From: Camelus ferus
Taxonomy: Eukaryota
Direction: 5' to 3'
Assembly: GCF_009834535.1 (NCBI RefSeq)
Contig: NC_045697.1
Span: forward strand, 109,680,001 to 109,744,000
DNA: 64,000 bases
Shown: piece by piece, positions 52,178 through 64,000 of the stretch
How positions within the stretch are numbered: the stretch's first letter is position 1
Layout: every line of letters begins with the position of its first letter
Translations under genes and position numbers: made by a program
The notes under the pieces: generated by a model
Seen by the model: the letters and a program-made list of their open reading frames with translations, nothing else
The model's database searches: none
Told to the model about the DNA's origin: nothing

Positions 52178-55100
52178 TTGTGGGTAAATTATTAGTATAG
52201 CCCTGAAACCAAGTAGACACATGCGTACATTATGAACTTGAATGCTATAGGAGACCAGCTGAAACTCTTTTGCAGAACATTGGAATTCCCAGGGCACATC
52301 TAAATGTCACTGACTGATCACCCTAGATTTTTAACTCAAGAATGGTGAGTTGAATCCTGAAAATATATATACATGGAAGATGTAAAAAGGCATGTCCGAT
52401 TTGTACTAATACACTTTAGAAGATGCATTTGACATGAGAATAGATTCTTCATGGGGTGCATAACCATTACTACCTAGTAATACTCTGCATCACCACGCCG
52501 GTTCAATGAAGGCCGTCAACAGGTATTTATTGAAGAAAACAGTAATCTATTCTATCATATGAGTGCCTGCCTAGAGAAGAATTTCCCAGGCCAAGAAACC
52601 AACCCCTATTCCAAGTAATATTTGCTGGGGTGTGTGGAAAGTTGTCTGTGATGACATAAAAGCAGAGTCTATACCATATTGTTTTACATCAGAGGAAGGA
52701 TGGTGTCAGAGGCCATGTGGAATTCCAATGGAACAATCTTGATTTTTGGCCCACCTTTGAGACAAATGGAAAGACTAAAGATAATGTGAGTGAAGGGAGG
52801 AGAATAATATGGAAGCATGAGTTATCAATCTTTGGGTTACTGATCCTTGGTTGATTTCTTCGTGAGATCCTTATCAAGAGATGACCTTGTCACTGAAAAT
52901 TACAGTATTGGGAAAATACATAGCCGCTGATGAGAGCATGTGAAGGTTTACTTTGTGTGAATGTGTGTGTGTGTTGGATGGAGATGTTGTCAACTGTCAT
53001 TCTATCTAGTGAGGCAACTATTTCTTGTTCAAGAATATAATGGAAACCCCAGGGAACTTCTCCTTACACAGAAGAGCCCTTTATTTTATCCTTTCTGAAC
53101 TTATATTCACACTTTTGACCACCCACAGGCAAATCCAAGACAATTAGAAATAACTTTCATAGACTGGAAAACCAGAATGGGTTTGTGTACATTTCAGTTT
53201 AAGAGATCCTTTTTAGGGGAATTAATGTCGTAATGTTGGAAGGCGTTATTTCATTCACAAAGCATTTGTAAGATCTATTATGTGTGAGATTAATCACGTG
53301 TAAATATTTGGTAGAAGTAAAGCAAATTTATTCCCTGCAAAATGGACCCAGGGATGGGAACCAACCAACCAAGAAGAGGCTGTGTTTCACTTTTCTAAGC
53401 ATCACCAACAGAGCTGCTCATTTTCTGAGTTTGGAAGAGATCCAGTGGGATTTAGTTTTATGAGGTTTAATGTAAAGGTGTTGTATTTCATGAGATGAAA
53501 TCATAACACAGTGGGTTGCAAGAATTTTGAGAGATTATTTTTTTCAGAGTGTTGGCAAGCACCGTCCTCTAGAGAATTTTTTGTCTAAAAGAGAAATATA
53601 GATCTTCTTTCATAGGATTGAAATGATAACTAATCTTTAATCCTTTTTGGATGGCCAGGGTTCAACTGGTTAGGCTGATTTTGGAATGCATATAGTAGGT
53701 CTGACTACTCCAGTTGGCCTTTTTCAAATCTGTGACTTCTTATGCATCCTAAACCTTCAGGGTATCTGGGCGATGTAATTTTGGGGGTCCCCACTCCTAA
53801 CCCATGATAAAGGATTTTTGTATTTATTTATACATTGCACTTCACATTTAGGCTTCACACACGGTTTGATTCTCCAGAAATTCTGACAATCCAAATGAGC
53901 ATTTGGCTAAGACAAGAGGATGCTATCAGGCCTGTCAGGTTTCTTTTCTCTCCCACACTTATTGTGTTTTCAGCTGAGAAAATTTCTCTGTCTCTGTTTT
54001 GCGAGACAGCTGAGCCATTCCCTTGACTTAGGTTTGACCTTTCTGACTTTGTTTTGGGACACATATAACTGTCCTTAGGCTAAACATCCCCCTCTACTTT
54101 TGTGACCATTTCATCTCCAATTTCCTTGCAAGGCAACCTCTTGGACCAGGTTTCTCAACAATGGCAGGAGAGAAACAAGACACTGGGGGGGGAAATCTGG
54201 TGCCTCTTCTGATTTCCTGATTTTTATGTATGTGGAAGGGAGGTTTTCTGCTCTGTAGCTGAGAGCCTTCTTGAAATGTGGCTCAGGCAAGAATGTTTTG
54301 GAAGTGCAATTAATTCAGCATGAGAGTCTAGTAAAACGAATGTATGCCTCCTTGTATGCAGCTCCTTTCCCAGGGAGACTTTCCCCCTCCCTTGTTTCAG
54401 AAATAATCGATGCAATCCTAAAAGTTTCAAAACGTTCTGCAGCACCCCACAGATCATCCATAATGATAAAAAGCTGTGCACATCAGCACAGATGTGTTTG
54501 TATCAAATCGTGTGCTTGATGTACCTCATGCGGAGCCTCTCTGTGAATTCTCCTGGTAACGCTGATGAAATTAGTGTTGGGGAGGAAGGGAGGGGGGGAG
54601 TTTTGAGTTATTACCATCAAGGAACAAATGTTACATTCCTTATCTGTCTCAAATGCTTGCCTGCAAATGCATGTCAGAGCCAGCTGTCATCTGGAGAGAG
54701 TCCAGCTCCAGGATGCTGTGAGGAGTCAAGCTGAGGGAGGTTATGGTGGGGGCATCACCAACTGGAGGAGCGAGCTCATTTGCAGCTGTAGGTTGTCACC
54801 TATCACCTTGTTTCCCAGACTCGCCTGCTCACCTGGGGAGTGTGTTAATTGGGGGAGATTCCTGCAGACTCATCAAATCAGGGTCTCCAGGGGAGGGGCA
54901 TGGGGAATGGACCGGCTGATCGCTGTGATCAGGCAAGTCTGGGATTTACCTTGTATCATTAGGCCGGTTGTTTTAAAGGGGGTGGGTTTTGAGGCCGGGT
55001 GTGTTGGCGGGGTCGAGTGGGTGTGGGTGACAAGTGACAGTCGGAGGGACCATTCCTTCTCTGTTGTGGAGAAGATGCCCGAAGAACTTGCCTTCATGTT

Positions 55101-55479
55101 TCTCAAAGCTCTTCCCAATGCCCCACCCAGTGTACTTCTTTCAACACTGGTTCAAGAAAGACCTCTGTCTTTCCTGAGGAACTGGTTTGTTTTCTTCTAT
55201 AAGATGAGAATTTTGCCACTTACTGAATTCCCTCTTTGCCTCAGTTGCCATGAAATGTGATGGTGGCTTCATACCCAGTCACTGTTACCACACCCATCAC
55301 TAAGGCCCTTAGAGTTCCTCTTTCTGCCATCGTATTACCTTCTTTTTCACCCCTATGTGGATGGATTTTATGACTTTTTTTCCCTGAAAAATGACAGGGT
55401 ATAAATACATTAAATGGAGCTATTAATTACTAGTTGTTAATGGAGGATAAAAAGATAATTTAAGTGGTGCCTAATTTAA

Positions 55480-55611
55480 TTTATTTTTAATTTTAGGGAA
55501 GAGGTAATTAAATTTTTATTTATTTATTTAATGGAGGCACTGGGGGTTGAACCCAGGACCTTGTGCATGCTAAGCACACGCTCTACCACTGAGCTACACC
55601 CTCCCCCCGAC
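55480..55611 (-). mobile_element. Camelid SINE (Vic-1-like)
   Basis: gggggttgaacccaggacc...ctctaccactgagctacaccctcccc; 15-bp TSD TGGTGCCTAATTTAA (55465-55479) / TGGTACCTAATTTAA (55612-55626). Confidence 0.9.
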
Positions 55612-56670
55612 TGGTACCTAATTTAAAGCACTTTCATTTGGATTCTGAATACATTTACAACCTTGCCCTACAAATATGCATTTCATCCTCGTTCCTGTCA
55701 ATGACTGATGTAGGTTAAGAACCAAAGAGGCCAAGGCCCATTGTGGATGTTTGGGAAGGTGCATAATCTGAAGTTAATTGGTGGAATTTGCTTATGCAAA
55801 TAATAGTTCTGTAAAGATAGGGTGATTTTTTTCTCTCTTACTCATAATTTGCAGGTATGGGTTTGACTAGAAATACGGTGAGTGGCACATATATTTCCTT
55901 TGTTTTCAAATTAAAATAATACACCGAGGTAATGCATGAAAATAGGAAACACACCACAGACAGAAGGATTTAAATGAAAGGTGAGTCCCCACCCAGCCCT
56001 CCCGACAGCAGTCCCTTTCAGAGGCTGTCGCTTTGAACTGCCTGAGTGTTCAGTTCTGTGGGCGGCCACCTTGATGATTCTGTTGTCTTGAATTGAACTT
56101 CTTTCACTGTGTGCAGTTTTGAACTTCCATGATGCTGTGTCTCGGGAGACCCACTGACGTTTTCTGGGTGGACGCCCTACGCCCTTACGATCAGAGCGCT
56201 CATTTTCTTCAGGTCTGGGATATCTGATGATTGTTTCTCTAATAATTTCTTACTCTACATTTTCTCTGTTTAGGAAATCCCATTGGATCATTCCTCTTAG
56301 TGCCTTATTTTTATTTTCCCTTCTGCTGTTTTGGGAGGCAATTTTATTTTCCTTGACGGTAAACATTAGCTGACCTATTGCTCTGCGAGCGGGGTAACCA
56401 GGATTGCTTTTCCATTGACAGATATCCATCCAATTCCTTGTTTTCAGCTCCGTTTCTCAGACCTGACCTCCATTCTCCTTGAGATCTTTGGCTTTTTTAT
56501 GAGAAGATGCTTTCCTGCACCCCATCTGCAGGCTCATCCTGCACATACTTGGGGTCGTGGCTCTCTCTCCTCTTTCTTCCATCGAATTCCCCCCCTTAAA
56601 CTTCTCTCTTTCAAAATGTGTTTATGGGTTTATTTCTACATGGATTCCGTTACTTTCACTAGGGCCTCGG

Positions 56671-57037
56671 TGTATTAGGTGGAGCAGGTGAGACTGTGCT
56701 GTATAATAATAATAGTAACAAACCCTGACATCTCTGTTGCTTAATACAGTAAAGGTGGATTTCTGCCTCACCCAGAGTCCAGTCTGATGTTCCTGTTTGG
56801 GCATCTCTTCTGGTCAGCTGTCCTCCCAGCTGGGAGTCCTTCACTTTCAGCCATGCAAGAGGGGAGAGAGAGCTAAAGACAGAGAGGTTTTACAGACAGG
56901 CCCGGAAGTAGGTATGTCATCTCTGCCAGTGTTAACTGGCTGGACTCATCAAGAGAAGCTGGGAAATCACGTTTAGCTGTGCACCCAGGAAGGCGAGCAG
57001 AACTGGGTGTGGGTGGCCTGAAACAGTTCCTATTACA
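56671..57037. mobile_element. MLT1J-like LTR relic
   Basis: tgtattagg...agactgtgctgta...aacaaaccctgacatctctgttgcttaatacagtaaagg...gctgggaaat...agctgtgcacccagga. Confidence 0.6.
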
Positions 57038-57061
57038 TTCTGTCTGCAGGGAAGGCAGGCA

Positions 57062-57082
57062 TGTGTGTGTGTGTGTGTGTGT
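57062..57082. repeat. (TG)n microsatellite
   Basis: About 10 TG units. Confidence 0.9.
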
Positions 57083-57183
57083 ATGTTCAATATATCATCT
57101 TGAACAAGAATTACTCCTTACCCTTTAATTGATCTTTTCCCCCAACAAGAATCAGAAGGCTATCATCAAGAAGTAGCCAAGGA

Positions 57184-57604
57184 AGTAAGCCAGAAAGAGA
57201 AACAAAAATACCATATGATATCGCTTATATGTGGAATCTTAAAAAAAAAAAGACACAAATGAACTCATTTATAAAGCAGAAACGACTCACAGACATAGAA
57301 AACAAACTTACGGTTATCAGGGGATAAAAGGGGTGGGAAGGGATAAATTGGGAGTTCAAGATTTGCAGATACTACAATATATGAAATAGATAAACAACAA
57401 GGTTCTACTATATAGCATAGGATATTCAACATCTTATAGTAACCTATAATGAAAAAGAATATGAAAACGAATATATATGTGTATGTGTGATTGAAACATG
57501 GTGCTGTGCACCAGAAACTGACACAACATTGTAAATTGACTATACTTCAATAAAAAACAATGAAAAAAATGCACTCTTTATCAAAATTCAAAGAAAAAAA
57601 AAAA
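57184..57604 (+). mobile_element. Young L1 3' end with a double A-tail
   Basis: gaagtaagccagaaagagaaa...gactatacttcaata; TSD AAGAAGTAGCCAAGGA (57168-57183) / AAGAATAGCCAAGGA (57605-57619). Confidence 0.9.
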
Positions 57605-60372
57605 AAGAATAGCCAAGGATGAACTTGGTGAGTAGACTTTTCCAGACTTTTTTTGGATTTCTAGATTAGGCTGAAAATAAATATAGCTTATAAATGATTT
57701 CTTTTAAAGTATACTTTTAAAGAAGACTATAAATGTAATACATTTTCACCAAGGAGAATGTCAAACAAAAGGAAATAATCACCATCAGTTTCATGTTTCG
57801 GAGAAAACAGTACTAACATTTTAGTATATTTCCTTCCACCTTTTCTATGCATTATATATACATATAAACCTTTCATTCTGTCTCACTGTTCTATTCGGTG
57901 TCTATATCATATTTTACTAAAGCATTCCCTTTTTATTATCTCTTCAGATTATTCCGACATTTCACTCTGATTAGCATTGCTGCTATAAACTTTAAAAAAT
58001 TGTATTTCTTTTTCTGCATTTACAATTTTCCCGTAGAAATGAAGTTACCGATTAAACAGTAGAAACTTTTTAAGGCTATTAGATATGTTTTACCAAGTTG
58101 CTTTCTGAAAGGAGCTCTTAATTTACTCTCTACAACATTGAGTATTATGGTTTTGTTCCCCTAATTTTGTACATGAAAAATGTTAATTTCATTGAAGCAT
58201 TAACTGTGTAGCAAGTGATTTCTCTTTTTACAACCACTTACGTTTCCTCTTTTTATACTGTTTATTCATGTAATGTTTTCATTTTCCTATTGGAAATCAC
58301 TGATTTTTTTTTAAAATGAGCTCTCTCTATATCAAACTTAGGATTTTTTGGCTAACTAATTTTATCATAGGCTAGAGGCTTGTTTAAAAGCACACCGACT
58401 TGGTTTCAATTAACCAAGACTTGCTGGACACTTTATCTTGTCTCCTTTGCTTTTTTACTGTAATGGAGGAAGAAGCTATGAACTCACTTTAGGGAACTAA
58501 GATTTTCTCTTTCAGGAGATTACAGACATGAGATATCTTAGAAAGTTTGTTTAACAATTTTGCTTATATCTGGAGGAGTGATTGGAGAATACAGTTTAAT
58601 GGGAGAAGATAAGACAGAGTCTTAGGGGCTGAGAGACCATGGTGTGTGGGGAGCTCAATCAGAGTAGCTGGCAGAGAATAAAAGGCGAATCCTGCGAGAT
58701 GTTTAGAAGTGAAACGGCTGAGGGGCAGCTGGGCCAGATCACGAGATGGGGCAGATGGTTAGGAAGGAACGGAATGAGAGTTTATTGCGGAGAGAGGCTG
58801 GCAGAGATCTACCACAATCAGAGCTTCAGCTTAAGCCAAATGAGGGACTTAATGATTGTTCACATCATTAAGGAAAAGTGCAACCTTGTTAGTCTTTTAC
58901 ACTTCAGTCTCAACGAGCTAATGACTTGTCCTGATTCTTTCCTAGGAATGCGCTTTGATAGGCAGGAGGGAACCAACTTCAAGCCCCTGGGGTTTGGTGA
59001 CCAGGAGATGACACTGAGAATTAAAAAGGCAGAAAAAGGGGGAGATGGGAGTCTCAAAGACACATTTTCCCTATTCGGTTAGGGGGTGATGACTCAGGGC
59101 AATGCACTGGAGGCACCAGGAAAGGGGAGGATGGAAGGGACAGGCCTGTTACCTGAGGCAGTGCTGGTGAACGTGCCAAGCCTCCAAGAGACCCAGTGGT
59201 TTCTGGGGCAGGTGGGATGCCCGTGTGTGTATGAAGACAGGGACGGGTGGAACTGGCTGCCGGAACCAGCTGCCGGAGTTGCTTCTTCGGCCAACAGTAC
59301 CCCAACAACATCTGTGGATATGCTGCATTTTAGGGGCAAAAACTGCAGGGATGTGTCAACAGTGGGATTGTCAGGGATGCCTCTGCTCCTAATTCTTTAT
59401 GTGTCAAAACTTGCCGACTCCGGCAAAAGATCCCAAGCAAAAGATACAGTTGATTTACTGTGTCTAGGTTCAGAGTAGAAGTTTATATAATATATTGGTC
59501 AAGGATACAGAGAGAGCCAAAAATATGACAGCAGGGATTAAATGTCAAGCCAGATGTATCTCGTGTGATCACTTCTGGATGATGCGAAACAGTGTGCGAT
59601 CTTTAGTTTGGAAGCATTTTAACTTATTTGGGATTTTTTCACTTGAGTGGTGTTGAAGATTCCATTACAAGTTGATAATTCAATTTAATAACTAGACCCT
59701 GTGCAGGGTGAACTTTTTTTTTTTTTTTACTTTAATATGTGAGAGCAAAGAGTCATTTTTTCAACTAATTTCCCGATTTCCAATTTTTGTAAACCTCTTA
59801 GAGCAGTCAGAACTCCTACTGCCCAGAAAGGCTTAGTGAACAAAAGTGAGTCAACAGATTTCAAGTAAGTGCGGTAATCAATATTAAATGCTGCCATATT
59901 GGATTTTTCCTTATTCTTTGGGAACTCCAGTCAGTCATTATAATTTTTTGTTTTAATTCACTAAATTGTGAGTCTACTTTGGAAAGTATCTCATCATGAA
60001 GCAGATCTAATACTGGCTAATTTCTATTAAAAACTGTTAGGAACCTTTGCTTTTCAACAGCTGTTACCCATATCAAGAATTTGTATTCAGTAACCTAAAC
60101 ACATACGTAAGTAAATGATGTCCTATTGTTCTTATTTCAGCTGCTGCCGCCCACCGCCCAAGCTGAGAACAAAGTAGTAAGTATCTCCTACTTTCCAAAG
60201 TGGGGATCAGAGACAGCCCTGCTGGCCTGAGTAAGAGGCTAGCAGAGTGAGTCACGACATCCGGCCACCCTGGCTCAGCCTATCCAGGGGTGAAGTTAGA
60301 CCTTTGAAAGGTGGATTGAAGAGCATCTGTCAAGAGTAAGATAAGAAGGGTGTCAGCCTAGGAGGGAGTGGC

Positions 60373-60393
60373 TGTGTGTGTGTGTGTGTGTGT
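60373..60393. repeat. (TG)n microsatellite
   Basis: About 10 TG units. Confidence 0.9.
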
Positions 60394-63119
60394 ATTTCGG
60401 GGGTGGAGGTGGGCAGCTCTTCTAGAGAACTGCTCTAGAAACACACTCTTAAAGAAGGAGAATCTTAAGCCCCTTAAGAAGGTTTAAACCTCATTCCCAA
60501 CTGATGTTCAGACCTAGCCCGACATGACTGACTATACTCTCTAACTGACTACCCCGTAACAGTCCCCGCACTCCTACTCCTGGGAGCCCTGGTTCAACGA
60601 AGATTGGAAGCAGAGTCCCTGGAAGAAAATCACCAGGAGCAAATAAGGAATTTGAAAGGGTGGGTCAGACCAAGCCCGAGACCTGATGTCAGGAGGGCAC
60701 AGGGCTCGGAGGGCCACCGTAGCCCTCCCTCCCACACCCGTGTGTTCTGTGAGAGAGGGCTACAGGTGAGGAAGTGGTGACATAATCATGCCACAAGAGC
60801 ACCCACAGTTGTGACTGTCCTTCACTTTTCTGTACAAGGAGGATGTTAAAAGAGGTGTTCCCTGTATCAGCGGGAGAGGGGCAGTGGTGGCATCGCTTAG
60901 GATTGCTGGAGGCTGGCTGACCAGAGAGGGCTGAAGCCCCGGGGGCATGGTGGTCAAGAGCTGGCCAGCACAGGAGGTGGTGGGTCAGCAGTCAGACAGC
61001 GACGGCATCGGAGCCCAGGAAGCCCAGACCTGTGTGATGGAAGGAGCAGTGGGAGCACGGGAGCCAGGCTGTCAAAGGCAACGGCTCAGCTCTGAACACA
61101 CAAAAGTTCACTGCTCTGTCTGCCCTTCCTGGGCCGCTCAGAAACCTCGGGGCAAGGAGCTTGGGGAGAATCACTGTCTAGTGGAGGCGGGGCACTCACA
61201 GAGCCAACACATACCGGGTTCACATGGATGCAGTCCCCCGGATGCAGTCCCCCGGAACCCTGGGTCACAACAAATTCAAGTGTGACCCACTCCCAAGGAG
61301 TTTGTTTCTTTAGACTGCCACGCGGATGCTCATTCGATAGCACTTTACAATATTGATAAGGATGGATACATTTGGTGACTTTTGGCGTTTAGTTGGCTTT
61401 AAAAAACGTTTGCCCCGACTATTATCTAAGGCAAAAATCTCTAAAATTCGCCAGGTCCCCATGGAGCAAGTCTCTGGTTGAGTAGAAAAGGGAAAGAGGG
61501 CTGCCCCAAATACTTGGAGGTGTTGCTTCCTCTCAGGAGGAAAGCACCCCACAGGACGAACGCATCACAGAAGACTTGAAATGGCACAGAAGCCGGTTTT
61601 ACTGGACCGCTGTGGCGCCATGCCTAGCCGAGACCTCTCCCTTTCCATCAGATGGATTTCCTGGCCGGGTCCAGGGTCAATGCACAGTCTGCGATATATG
61701 CACTCGGCTATCATAACCCAAACAGAAACATGAAATGATTTCTTTGTCCAGGGGAATTTCAGCGGCAGAAACTCCGTGACCCTCTAACCTCCCAATCCCT
61801 TTTCTCTCTGTATCCTCTTTCCTCTTGCCTTGTTTTGTTGAGAGATTTTCTTTTGTCTTCTGATTCTGCTTCATTTGGCCAGCTCTCTGCGGGTCTCTGG
61901 CACCTGGCAAGGTCTGAATGTGGCCTTTGTGTTTGCTGGACTGCGCTGTGCCCAGCCGGGCAGAGATGATCTCTAAGCTCTTCCACCGCTTCGCAACCGC
62001 AAATTGCTCAGCCCTTTGTCCGTTAATCCTCATAAGCCCTTTGTGCTGGAGGCCGAGCCCCATCATCATCGCCCTTCATTTTCCGGTCCAGGAGGCACAT
62101 GATGTGGGACTTGTTCAAGAACGCAGGTTGGGTGGAGAACCTGCCCGTTTGGGCCACAGGAGACTCGCAGGTGAAGTTAAGAGCAGTGGAGCTGAACTGG
62201 GGAGACGGGGTGCGCTGGGGTAGGCTGAGGCCTGCAGGCTTTTAAAGACACCTTGATGCCCCAAGTGCAAGGAGGGGAAAGGCTGACTGGTTTAAGACCT
62301 CACGTGGGAGTCGTGCGGCGAGTGGAGCCTGCACATTCGGGGTACTTCTGGGTGGTAGTGCTTACAGGGCGACGGCTTTGAGGCTGGTACCGGCTGGGTT
62401 CCTCGGTTATTTCAGGCCGGGTGTCTAGCCCAGAACCAGCCGGGCTGGAGTCCCGCGGAGCGGCGCGAGCAGCTGGAGCTCCTGCCCGGCCTGCGCCTGG
62501 CACCCGCTTCCTCCCGCCCCTGGGCCGCCTTCTCTCCCACCATTCCAAGGGGCCCTTGCCTACTGCTTCGCTGGGAAATCTCCCATCGGTAGGCTTTCAA
62601 GCTCCTTCATTCTCCTTTCTACTTCTGCAGAGCTAGTCCTTCCATGAATCCCTCTTCCTTTCCTTTTGTTTCCAAGAAAAAGATGTACTAGCCTTCCTTC
62701 CCAGGCAATCTGGACACCCTTCCCCTTGACTGCTTTTCGACCCACCCTCTGGACGACCTCCCTCATCTCCCCAGCGCCCCCTTCCCTCTGGCATCTAAGT
62801 CTCCCTGTTGACCGGCCCCACACCTGTGCACATTCACGGAGCTCCTTTACCCATTTCACTTGATCTGAGTGCCCCTGCCCGCAGTCCGAGCAGTTCCCTC
62901 TGTCCCCCACCTACAAACTCAGTGAATCAGTGGACTCTACTTCTTGTGTCCACGTTTCCTGCCTCCCGCCTTCAACTCCCAGCCACTTTGCTGTTACCCC
63001 ACCTGCGACAGACGCTGCAGCCATCCTGGTATTTTTTGAGTCACCAATAATCTGTGATGGCTTATATCCAGGGACTTTTCTGTGATTAACTTGCGGTTTT
63101 TTTCCCCGCCACTTATGCC

Positions 63120-63840
63120 ATGATACATTATCCCATGCTCTTGGAATCTCTTTTTCTCACTAAGTCCTGGGACACAGCCTTTCCTTGTCCCTTTCGGAGT
63201 TTCCCTGTCTCCTGACAGGCACCCTCAAGCATAGCCAAAGCTGCTGTCATCTTCTTTACATCCCTCAGAGAACTCGCGTATCGTCTTCTCTAATAACCCA
63301 CGATTACGTGGCTGCCCGAATCTCTAAGTCTACTCTGAAATTCTCTGTTGTGCTCCTAGTCCTAATTTCAAACTCATCACTGGACATTTCTGAATGGATG
63401 GTATGATGACTGCTAAAGCAAAATGTGTGTAAAATCGAATTCATAAACTGTGGTTCAAAAACCTGCTTCTCCCCACCAACCCCCTACGACTTCCCAGTTC
63501 TGTTAATTATGTCAGCAAGCACTAACTCTTCCAGCCATCTCGCTCCCTTTCTCTCCTTGTCTCTTACCATCCAGTTAAGTTCAGTCACTTCCTCCATCAC
63601 TGCGTGCCTGGACTCCATCCTTTGCCCTCCCACTGCCATGGCCCTTGTTCTGTGCCTCTGACCTTGGGCTCCCTCATCACCATCACCTCCTAACTGGCCT
63701 CGCTGGCCTCCCTCTCCCTCCAGGCTCTCCCCTGCAGATGATGTGGCACTTCCTCGAGATGAATGTCCCTGAATTTCCAGTTGCAGAGTTATAGTTATTG
63801 GGTCACATCACTTCTTGGCTCAAAAATGATCAGTGGTTTT
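63120..63840 (+). mobile_element. L2 LINE relic
   Basis: Pyrimidine-rich L2-like motifs (ctggacatttctgaatggatg, acctcctaactggcctc, gggtcacatcacttcttggctcaaaa). Confidence 0.6.
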
Positions 63841-64000
63841 GAAGTGGAAGGAAAGGCGGCAGAGAACAATCACTGAAAGAATGACAAAGCAGCTGAGGAC
63901 AGGACAAGCTGCTTAGAACCAAGAAGGCAGAAGATTTGATTTCCAGTAGACCTTGAGCCTCATGGCACATCCAGAGGGACCATCACAGTTCCTAGGCTGA

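Noticed and set aside
54628..55260. 210-aa + strand ORF
   Set aside because: No recognisable protein similarity, no splice context, and it appears to overlap a degenerate MER5-like repeat.
58639..59478. 147-aa and 130-aa + strand ORFs
   Set aside because: No domain features; partly L2-like purine-rich sequence.
61226..61256. 14-bp tandem duplication GGATGCAGTCCCCC x2
   Set aside because: Ordinary slippage duplication with only two units; not an array.
1..64000. CRISPR arrays, operons or other prokaryotic systems
   Set aside because: The sequence is clearly mammalian (introns, SINE/LINE content), and no regularly spaced repeat-spacer array was seen.

Overview
Mammalian genomic DNA, most likely a camelid (alpaca/llama/camel), inferred from five Vic-1-type tRNA-derived SINEs and young cetartiodactyl-type L1 3' ends. 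It holds one complete protein-coding gene, SFRP2 (secreted frizzled-related protein 2, a Wnt modulator), on the minus strand. The three coding exons are 24473-23975, 21598-21518 and 17638-17334 (885 nt, 294 aa, all GT-AG junctions). The gene has a CpG-island promoter and further CpG-rich blocks upstream to about 29.6 kb. The rest is intergenic DNA rich in L1, L2, MIR, LTR and hAT relics. I found no new multi-gene system. The most interesting signals are retrotransposition by-products: an isolated L1 5'-end fragment with its own target-site duplication (TSD), a SINE carrying about 170 bp of apparent 3' transduction, and three stacked L1 3' ends inside one 17-bp TSD. There is also a templated hairpin cluster and several candidate SFRP2 regulatory motifs. 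Repeat family names come from recalled consensus sequences, and repeat boundaries are approximate unless a TSD is given.
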